Assembly: GCA_964188305.1 (NCBI GenBank)
Contig: OZ076898.1
Strand: one strand, 5' to 3'
DNA from: Podarcis bocagei
Lineage: Eukaryota
DNA length: 64,000 bases
The notes beneath the pieces were generated by a model. The model saw nothing but the letters and a program-made list of their open reading frames with translations, was not told where the DNA came from and did not search any database. Made by a program: the position numbers and the translations under genes. Shown here piece by piece: positions 1-9,669 of the stretch. The first letter of the stretch is position 1, and every line of letters begins with the position of its first letter.

Positions 1-1769
1 CTTTGGCAGGAGCCATGACTGTTTAAAGTGGTGTCATAGTGCTTTAAATGTGTGGTATGAATGTAGCCTAGGTGTCCTCAGAAGAATGTCTTGTCCTGCC
101 AAGGTCTTGCTTCTCCTAACTACTTTAATTATCCATTTTCGAACCTCAATTGGCCCTCTCATTAGGTGTTTCGTATTTGTACCCTGAGCAATCCCACTAC
201 TGCTGCCTTAATTTTCTTTAAATCCCCTTTATTACCCTTTCATCGGCCCTTTACTTACCTATTTCATAGGCTGAGCCAGCTGTGACAGAGCAGCCTTGCT
301 TGTTTCTTCATGTGCCTGCCCTGACCATTCATAAAGTGGGAGACCATCTTGCTTTGACATGAAAAGGGAGCTGAACTTGGCCACATCCTCTGCCTGCCCT
401 CACTGTGCTCCATTCACTTTAAGCACCAGCAGCCTGGTTCACTTCCAGTGTCCTGGGGGAAAATGTTTCTAAGGTGCCAGAGGGGAAGGAGAGGAGTCAG
501 AAGATGCCGGGATTCGGCTGTCCTTACCTGTGCATGCCTTTTCTTCTAAAATTTAGAGCCACCCTCTCCCTGCTTTGTATATGAAGGGGCAAAGACGTGA
601 ACAACAAACATGGCTGCCTGTCAGGCTTACTTTGACCCTGTTTTTGTGCATCTAAACCAGGGTGCCAAGAAAGCAAATGTGCTACTGTGATTAGAGGGTT
701 GAACTATGACCAGTTCCAGTGTGAAATCCTAAGGATAAAGGGGACACAAAAACCATAAAGTCTTTGGAAGAAGAATGGGATTCAAAATTATTTAATAAAA
801 TCCATTAAAATAACCAGCAAAGTTGTATTTGTATCCCAGCAGTTGTCTGGAGATGACCTTTTCTGGAGCTGCAGGTACCTTTCAGCATGCACAAAAGAGG
901 TTTTGTTGTTGTTTGGAAGGGGGCCTTCTCCCACCCCCTGCTCAAGCCATGCTTTCAGTCATAGGCACAGCAGGTGAAGAGGACAGTCTTTCTCTAAAAA
1001 CAAAATAATCAAAGAAAGCCCCTGCCACTCGTGCATAGCACAATACGGGCAAATGCTGAAAGGCAGCCCTTTGGCTTTCTGTACTGGCCACTGCTATGCC
1101 ATGTGCCTGCTTGAGTGCCAACTTATTTCTTGAGGAATATTTTTTGAGAAGAATTTTCTCTCTCCTATGCAAGCTGACTCCCATGGCTGTATTGGAGATG
1201 ATTGATGATCAAATCAGGCCTACAGGCCTTACGTTTATTGCTCTTGATTTAGGCAACCATTTAGGCAACTACCATGTGCGGCCCTCATACACTACATGCA
1301 AATGGCATGGGCTACGGTGGCAACAAATTCTGTAAATTAATTGTGCGTTGCATTAAGAAGCATTTTCTTTTGCCCATCCTGAATTTGCTTCTCATCGATT
1401 TCATTGGGTGATCCTCAGTATTATAGCAGAGAAATAGAAAATGCTACCTCCCTTTTGCATACATTTCATACCCTCCTTTATTCATATTTTTCTAAACTAA
1501 AAAGCTTCAGATACTCAGCCTTTCCCAAAATAAGAGGTGCCTAAACTTCACCAAACCCTCCTGGGTCTAAAACTTCCTGACCATGGCAGTATGATCTGAA
1601 ACTCTTTCAACTGTTATCCATCACCCAAAGCTCTTCCTGAGTGTTTCACTTTTCGACAGAACATGCCATTTCAGGACCATGCTTAGCTAGAAAGTCTAGA
1701 ATAGATAGGTTAGTTGGACACATTGAATATGATTGAGCATTTTCCGGGCAGTTAAGTACCATTCAGCAA

Positions 1770-1950
1770 TATCTCGTAAAGGATATCACAGAGCAGGATA
1801 AGGTTTAGAAAAGGGCAAATAAAATGATCAAAAGGATGGAGCATCTTCCTTATGAAGACAGTCTTAAAAGGTTTAGAAAAGCAGCAAGCCAAAGGGGAAC
1901 TGAGATGGAAAATTATAAAATTATGAATGGTATATGCAGACGGTGGAGAG
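1770..1950 (+). mobile_element. CR1-type LINE 3' ORF2 remnant
   Basis: QKRA.KMIKRMEHLPYEDSLK...YKIMNG resembles the end of CR1 ORF2. Degenerate, boundaries approximate. Confidence 0.55.
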
Positions 1951-3022
1951 AGGAACACGAGAACTCAGAGTTTTCAGCAAGAGAAACTGTGGCAGAGAAC
2001 AATGAGGCTGCGTACACGAGAGTGTTAATGCACATGTGGGTGCTCACTGTGATCAACTCCCACCTGGAAACCTATGTCCCCACTGTGGAAGGATGTGTGG
2101 AACCAGAATTGGCCTCCAATTACTTACAGAAACACAGTTAAAAACAATCTTACTTGACGATGAGTGGTTGCCAAAGAAGAGTCACACAGATTAATTTTTC
2201 CGTGTGAGCTTTTGTGCACATTCATTAACAAATGAGTGCTTTCAACTGAGTGCAATCTCAATGTTTCCCAGTGGGTGGTGCTTAATGGGATGTATTCACA
2301 CTGAGTGTTGTTGTCGCCTCCCCTCAACTAGTACTCCCCCAAGTTCCCAAAACCTGGTGTCCATTGTGGCCATGCACACGGGTATTTGTTTAGCTATGTG
2401 CATGGCCTTTTTATTTATCTCTTTGAGATGCAAGTTTTCCAATATAAAAATGTGTCAACGTTAGATCTGGGAAAGAGTTTTTGAGAAACAGCCTAGCTTT
2501 TTCTAAGTGCTTGCAAAGTTTTTGGCTGAATAACTTTCTTGTAAAGAATTTCATTTATTTGGAACAGTTAAATATTCTTGGCTAGTTTGCTTCTTTCTTG
2601 TTTTAGGGGATAGGCACTTCTTGGATGTCAGGTTGCTACTGTGGTATTTCAAGAGTACTCCCTAAGAACTCACAGGTGGACTTCCTAGAACCTTATCAGA
2701 GGTTCACAGAAAACAAATTTGGTAATGGAAGACAAAGACAGCTTGTTCACTGTTATATCTTCCATTTCAAGGAGCAACTTCAGGGAACTCTCTGTTTGCA
2801 CAGGGTAGCAGTCGCCTGGCGGGCTCCCTATATATGAACCAACAGCAGGTCTTAGAACATCCTTCCCCAACCTGCTACCCTCCTGATGTTTTGGACTACA
2901 ATTTCCAATAGCTCTAGCTAGCATGGCTGTGCTGGCTGAGGCTGAGGGGAGTGTTAGTCCAAAACATCAGCCGGGTACCAGGTTGAGAAGGCTGCCTTAG
3001 AATGTGCCCCAGAATCCTTTGC

Positions 3023-3945
3023 CCTAAGAGAAAATTTAATGAAAATGATTTATAGGTGGTACATGACACCAGTTAAGCTTGAAAAAATTTACCATTTGCC
3101 CGATAATAAATGTTGGAAATGTAATGAGACTGAAGGTACATTCTTTCACCTTTGGTGGACGTGCCCAAGGATTAAGACATTCTGGGAGATGATTTATAAT
3201 GAAATGAAAAAGGTATTTAAATATACCTTCCTTAAGAAACCAGAGGCCTTTATCCTGGGCATGGTCGGCCAATTGGTGCTAAAGAAGGATAGAACTTTTT
3301 TTATGTATGCAACAACAGCAGCAAGAATACTCATCGCGAAGTATTGGAAGACACAAGATTTACCCACCAGGGAAGAATGGCAGATGAAGTTGATGGACTG
3401 CATGGAATTGGCGGAAATGACTGGCAGAATCCGAGACCAGGGAGAAGAGTCGGTGGAAGAAGACTGGAAAAAGTTTAAAGACTATTTACAGAAATATTGT
3501 AAAATTAAGGAATGCTAGAAGAATGTTGGAATGAAGTGATATGGCTTTAGTAGAAAGGTTATAAGAAATTAAGTACAAATAGATTAATAGAGTATTAAAA
3601 GAAAAATAAGGTTGAAATGTGTTAAGATAATTATAGGCTAGGAAACAGGGGAAGATGGAAAGGAATTGCTGAAATAATTAATAGAAGTGGAATACAAAAA
3701 GGGAGGTGTGAGGAGGTCGTGGAAATATGTGAAAGAAAGATAAGACATTGAAATTTATTTATTTATTTTTCTTTTCCTTTCTTTGTTGATGTGTTTTTAA
3801 ATTGTTTTTGTTTTGTCTTGTTAGTTTAATGTTTTAGTGTAAGGTAGTGTCTTTGTATTGTAATGTATTGTTTTTTCTTTGGTTTTTTTTGTAGTGTTTA
3901 AATTGTTGTAAAAGCAATAAATATTATTTTTTAAAAAAAGAGAGA
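3023..3945 (+). mobile_element. 5'-truncated L1-clade LINE (ORF2 C-terminus plus 3' UTR), flanked by a 38-bp direct duplication
   Basis: ORF 3039..3518 contains the L1 ORF2 C-terminal Cys/His motif CWKCNETEGTFFHLWWTC and ARILIAKYWK. AATAAA at about 3916, then an A/AG tail. Duplication at 2985-3022 and 3946-3983. Confidence 0.85.
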
Positions 3946-5300
3946 GAGAAGGCTGCCTTAGAATGTGCCCCAGAATCCTTTGCAACACACAAGAGTTCTG
4001 GCAGAGAAATAATGTGGAAAGAGTTCCTGAAGAGAAGGAGATATGGAAGCTACTGGGCTCTTGCATAGCGTTTTCCGTCACAGGAACAAAAGTTGGGGCA
4101 ATTTTCCCCCATGTTGAATTGGGTAGTGCCCAAATTTTAATGGGTTTTCAAACACTGATTCCCATTCCTGTTCCCTGTATGTTTGAAACCAGTTCTCCAT
4201 CCCTCAAAGTCCAGAAGGCTTAGAGAGAAAAGTTGGGTTGAAAAAAAGTCTAATAGTCGCATAATTTCTGTGTAGAGAACAAATCAAATTCAGTTCAGCT
4301 TCTCTTTGTCAAACTCCATCTCTCACTCCCCCCCCCCCCCGCTTCTTCCACCCTCCTGCGGGTGACTTCTCTTTTGAATAATTTACACCCGCACTTAGCA
4401 TGACAGAAGGTTGCTAGTCTGACAGTTCGTCTGAATGAATGATGACTTTCATTATGTCAGGGTGGATGGCAAGAAGAACATGCCCCTGCGAGACCTCGGC
4501 CTTCTGCACATAGGCCAGCAACACTCCGGAGCCCCCTCCCACTCCTGGTGCCCCTTCTGGGTCCCTCCTCCTGCTTGTTTGCGTTGTGTGGCTCCTGCAC
4601 GCAGCCCCTCCCGGCAGGCGGCGTGACAAGTGCTGCTCTCATCTTGCTAGAAAATTTCTAATTAATTAGGTTTATTTATAACAAGAAACAAACAAACATC
4701 GTCCAGAGAAGAACAGGGCAGGGCACACAAGATTTGACAAACTGTACTAAGAAGCAGATGGTGCTAAGGCTGAGAGCCAGGATGCCTGATTTCTCTTGGG
4801 ATGGGACTAGAGACAGAGACAGGGGGAGGAAGAGGGAGGGGATACTTGGGGGTTTGAGCAAAAGGAAGCTCCTGGGTTTGTGGGGAACTGGAGGATCATG
4901 CTTTTATAGAGTTGAAAGGAACTTGGTGGTCATTTAGTCCAACCCCGGCTCAGCACAGGATCTCTGCTGAAACACACCCAGAGAATTAGGGCTTGTCACC
5001 TCCCGAGGCATCAGGATCCACAATTAAGAAGTTCCTTTTAATGTTTAGACAAAATCTGCTTCCCGGCAATTTCCACCTATGGGTTCTAATCCTGCTCACA
5101 GAAGTGACAGAGAACAAATCTGCTGAGTCGTCTACATGACAGCCCTTCCAGATATTTGAAGACTGCTATTTATCATGTCACACCTTAATCTTCTCTTCTC
5201 TAGCTATGTGCATCTCAGTGGGGAAGGAATGCCATAGACCAAAGGCCATCACAGAGAAAGCCCAGTCACTCTCACCTGCCAATCAAATTGACCTTGTGGG

Positions 5301-5495
5301 GAAGGGATCTGGCTCGGTGGTAGAACATCTGGCTTCCATGTGGAAGGTGCTGGGTTCAATCCCTGGCACCTCTAGGTGGGGCTGGAAGAGACACCTGTTT
5401 GAAATTCTGGAAATCTGCTTCAGCCAGTGTAGATAGTTCTTAGCTAGATGCGTCAATGGTCTTACTCTGTATAAGGCAGCTTTCTAAATGTTCCT
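5301..5495 (+). mobile_element. tRNA-derived SINE with CR1-like tail
   Basis: GCTCGGTGGTAGAACA...GGGTTCAATCCC head and TATAAGGCAGCTTTC tail. Related copy at about 34450-34622. Confidence 0.55.
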
Positions 5496-5750
5496 CGCAT
5501 GAAGTCTCTCTTCTGTGTAGCATCTCCTGTGTACAGGCTCATTTGCTGGACACCTTAAAATGCCACGCTGCAAACTGGACACAGTACTCCAGAAACAGCT
5601 TAACCAAAAGTTAGGAATCTTATGGGGAATACAGGGTTAAAGGGTATAGCAGCCAGGAGCCCCAAGCTCTCTGGAATGGTAGTGGAGCCTAGTAGTTAGG
5701 TCTAGCCCATATTTGTGGCAGAATGGGGTGGTAGAATGCTGAATGCACTA

Positions 5751-5992
5751 CAGTGGTACCTCGGGTTACATATGCTTCGGGTTACATACGCTTCAGGTTG
5801 CACACTCCGCTAACCCAGAAATAGTGCTTCAAGTTAAGAACTTTGCTTCAGGATAAGAACAGAAATTGGGCTCCAGCGGCGCAGTGGCAGCAGGAAGCCC
5901 CATTAGCTAAAGTGGTGCTTCAGGTTAAGAACAATTTCAGGTTAAGAATGGACCTCCGGAACAAATTAAGTACTTAACCTGAGGTACCACTG
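5751..5992. mobile_element. Non-autonomous Tc1/mariner-pogo-type MITE (CAGTGGTACCTC TIRs)
   Basis: TIRs CAGTGGTACCTC...GAGGTACCACTG, TA on both sides. Same family at 33977, 59022 and 63171. Confidence 0.85.
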
Positions 5993-8202
5993 TACTTCAG
6001 ACTCCAGGTGGGTGATATCATTTACGAAGTCTTCTCTGAACTTAACTGCAACAACCACCTCCCCCCTTGAGAAGAAAATTAGCACAGCAAAAGTGGTATC
6101 CACTTGAACCATTTTTCATTGTACTTGCTTGTTGGTTTACTTGCAGGAAATTCTTATACTCCACTCTAATACTTCAGGATTTTACCACCTCATGCTACTG
6201 CATTGATAGACAGGTATACTGTGAAGGAGCTAGGAGCTGGGATTTCTGGGTTTTCAGGAAGTAGCGACACTCCCATTTACTTTTAACTCACAGCTGTGAT
6301 GATGGAAAGAGGTTTTAATAGTCAAGACTCCTGGGTCTTCTGGAGGAAGAGTAGGGTCCAGCCCTACAGCAGGGAAGTAGACTCTCCTAGGTTCTTCGCA
6401 GAATTGCCACAAACAGACCTCTTACACTTTAAAAACTGCCTGAAAAATGAGCATTCAATGTGTGCATTTCTATACTGGGGAAGTGAGGAATGGAGGAAGC
6501 TGCACCTGTTCAATTTCTGCCTGTCACACAGGTTAAAGAGACAAAAATAAAATGGGGGGAAAAGTAAAAGTGAACCCACTCTTTCCAGAATAGTTAAAAT
6601 TAGAAAATGCCCTCAAAAACAACTATAGAGCTTGAAAGTATTTAACTATTCCACACTACCTGCCCCTCCCCGTCTTCTTTCCTCTTCGTTTCTGTGGTGA
6701 ATGGGCACAGTTCTCTCGTTCCTGGAGAAAAAGGAACTCTGCCCAGGAAAGTAGGGTGGCTACCAGAATGACGCAGGATGGGGATTAGGCCTGGTAGGTT
6801 GGCCTGAAGAGAGACTGTGGGACTGGACTCTCCTGGGTTTTGTTTCCCAGCTCTGTAGGTCTTCATCTGACTGCACATTCCATAGCACAAGACCCTTATC
6901 TCTTTGCTACACAAAGCCAGTGGCTGCTTGGGCTTCCCCTAGGCAGTTAATACATAACCTGTTTCCCTTTCTGTTGTTTTTTTATGGGAGATTAGCGCAA
7001 GGATTAAAATAACAGCACCTCCTACCTGCTGCCATCCCATGTTCCCTTAACAGATTAAAATGGCCCAAACTTGCCTCTCCTCAGCCACTGCTGTGAGTTT
7101 CTGCACAGCAGTATCCTCAGTCACATGCTGTCCACTTCTCCCTTAGCACAGCACCCATTGGGGGATTTATCCCTATTTTCTCTTTTCTCATCCAGTATCT
7201 TCCAGTCTCCCACTGGACTTGCACTTTTCATGTGCACCGCAGCACTCCCCCCCCTTATTTGTTCCCATCCAAGGGGCAACGGGTCTTGTTTACTCGTCTA
7301 GGAACAGAACATCTGGAGCAATTCGGCACTTAATTACCGCACTTGTCACCGGCATCACCACGGATACAGCGCACGGGAGGGGAGCCGGCCAAGAGGATGA
7401 GATAAATAGATTAGTGGGAGATGGAGAGGGGGAAAATAAATGGAAAAAAGAGGCCAGCAAACAGCATCCTATCTAAATAGTCGTTGTAGCCCAGATGTTG
7501 GGTGTTGCTTGACACCATGTAACAAATACCAGTTGAAGTCCCTCTCAGTCTCTCCAACCTAGAAAAACCCACCAGAACATTTTGCAGATAAGGTTCCCAT
7601 GCTGGCAATCAGAACTCACAACTGCTTCTGAATTCTCTGAAAAAGGAGATGGAATAGAGAGTTTTGGGGAAAGAGGGAGCCAATTAGATGCAGGACTCCT
7701 GGGAGCCAACTGGAAAGGACTACAGGAGAGGGAAAAGACTAGTGGGTGTCATGGAATTCTACTCATATTGATCCAGAGCAAGGCTCAACCCTGCTAAGTC
7801 TAAACCTTAATAGTAGGAGTCCTGGTTTCTTTGTGATTAGGCTTTGACCTGCTAGGTTAAGGCCTATCTCAAACTTTAAAAATCACCTGCCCACCTTTTC
7901 TACTTATTAGATCCTTTTTGTCTTCCCCCAACCCAGGAACCTAATTTGGTTTATCTGTCTGGTTCCTACATCCTTTGAGCTGCTTGTTCCCCACCTACCT
8001 GACTGCACACACCTCTACCATGTCGCCTCTGGCTCTGGCTCTCTTTCCCACATACATAACACCACCTGAAGTGAATGGACGGCCACATTTCTCCCTTTCA
8101 GCAACCCCACTGCAGTTGCAGCCCTTACTTTGGGAGGCTGAGATGGCTTATGGCAGGAGTGAAGAACTTTTTTTCAGAGGGCTGCATTCTCTTCTAGGTA
8201 GC

Positions 8203-8610
8203 TGTCAGGGAACTGCCATCAGAGCATCAGGTGGTGGAGGGACTCAGGCAGGATGAAAGAGACTCAACTGCTGAAGCAGGGACCAGCAGGGGGAGGAGTG
8301 GGTCTCTGAGGGAATGCGAGCAGGAGGGAGGGCTCAGGGAGGCTTCCAGCGAAAACAGTGGGGAGGTATCGGAGTCTCCCATAGGGAGACCCATACCTCG
8401 CAGGAAACTGTCACGCCGTGAGTCCAGGAGACGCGTTTCCGTTAAGGAACTTCTTTGTTGGAAACGCTTCCGCAGACAGCCACTGTCGGACTCTACTAGT
8501 GACTAGAGCAGACATGTCTGAGGAGCTCCGTCACACACGGAGGTTTGTGGGGGCGCACAAACTCTGAGGGAGCACGTTTTCACGCACAAGCAGCTAATCA
8601 AACCCTCACA
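8203..8610 (+). repeat. 5' LTR (408 bp)
   Basis: No difference from 13265-13672 found by eye. Starts TGTCAGGG, ends CCCTCACA. Confidence 0.96.
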
Positions 8611-8612
8611 GC

Positions 8613-8623
8613 AGTCCGACAGT
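8613..8623 (+). promoter_or_regulatory. Self-priming primer-binding site (Tf1-type)
   Basis: AGTCCGACAGT lies 2 nt after the 5' LTR and is the exact reverse complement of ACTGTCGGACT at 8482-8492 inside the LTR. There is no TGG-starting tRNA-type PBS. Confidence 0.85.
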
Positions 8624-8655
8624 CTTTGTACGCTGCCTGTGCAAGAGAAGGCATC

Positions 8656-9669
8656 ATGAGCGAACCAACCGGAACCGGAGGAGCAGGGGCTGGAGCTGGT
8701 CCAAGCTTGGAAGATAGATACCGAGCGTTGGAGGTTCAACTGGCCCTGCAGACGGCGAGGCTGGAGGAGAGAAGGGCTCAGGATGCAGACAAGAAGGGGA
8801 GAGCCACTCAATTCCCCAGAAAGGTACCAGGATTGGTGCAGAAATTTGGGGGGGACCCCAAGGACTACCATGCTTTTAGGACAGAGATGCAATATGCCCT
8901 TAATGTGCAGTTCGATGAGTTCCCTGATGAGGAATCGCGAGTTGCTTTTGTAATTGGGCATCTTGAGAAAGGGGCTAGAGACTGGGTGCGACCCCTAATG
9001 GCAACGCACAATGACATACTAAAGGACACAATGAAGTTCTTTCGTGCAATGGATATCATGTTTTCCAGCGATATTGAGGAAGGGGTGGTGCGCAGACAGC
9101 TAATGGCTTGTAAGCAGGGGAGTCAATCTGTCCGTGAATATTGGACTGAGTTTACCATGCTGATTCACAGACTGAGTTGGGATTTATCGGCGGCACCCGT
9201 TCAAATGCTATTTGAAGAAGGTCTTTCTTCGGGGGTGAAAGACGAGCTGGCACGGAGCCCCAGGGCGGAGTCTATGGATCAGCTGACCAAATCTGCGCTG
9301 ACCATAGGAGCGCGGCAGGAGGCAAGAGCCTTGGAGAGGCGGGAAGGGAGAGGGGAACGTTGGAAGGAGTTCCGCATTCCAGACATTCCTGAGCCAGCTT
9401 TCCCGCCGGCAGAGCCGATGGAAATCGGAACAGCGCGCGCGCGCGCATTTTCAAAAACCAGCGAGGGAGCTAAGAAGGAGGGAAAGGGCCCCCGGAAATG
9501 CTATCTCTGCCAACAGCCAGGCCACTTTGCCAGAGTCTGCCCCCAGAGGAAGGAATGGCAAGGGATGGTGGGAGCTGTTGAGGGGGGAGAAGAAGGGGGA
9601 GCGGAGCAGGTAAAAGCCAACGCCTGGTTGCCACAATTGGGGCACTGCAGCCAGGCCAAAGAGCAGTGA
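8656..9669 (+). CDS. gag: Gag (capsid-like domain plus CCHC zinc knuckle), about 337 aa
   Basis: First in-frame ATG after the PBS (MSEPTG...) within track ORF 8545..9669. Retrotransposon-gag-type core (KFGGDPKDYHAF...KQGSQSVREYWTEF), EPMEIG motif and knuckle CYLCQQPGHFARVC. Confidence 0.92.
   Translation: MSEPTGTGGAGAGAGPSLEDRYRALEVQLALQTARLEERRAQDADKKGRATQFPRKVPGLVQKFGGDPKDYHAFRTEMQYALNVQFDEFPDEESRVAFVIGHLEKGARDWVRPLMATHNDILKDTMKFFRAMDIMFSSDIEEGVVRRQLMACKQGSQSVREYWTEFTMLIHRLSWDLSAAPVQMLFEEGLSSGVKDELARSPRAESMDQLTKSALTIGARQEARALERREGRGERWKEFRIPDIPEPAFPPAEPMEIGTARARAFSKTSEGAKKEGKGPRKCYLCQQPGHFARVCPQRKEWQGMVGAVEGGEEGGAEQVKANAWLPQLGHCSQAKEQ

Noticed and set aside
4438-4520. Box C/D snoRNA (ATGATGA)
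   Set aside because: No downstream D box (CTGA) or terminal stem at a suitable distance.
8231-8506. 91-aa ORF in the 5' LTR (and 7975..8256 running into it) as a separate gene
   Set aside because: It is just the LTR copy of the Pol C-terminal tail. It has no ATG start and lies almost entirely upstream of the predicted TSS.
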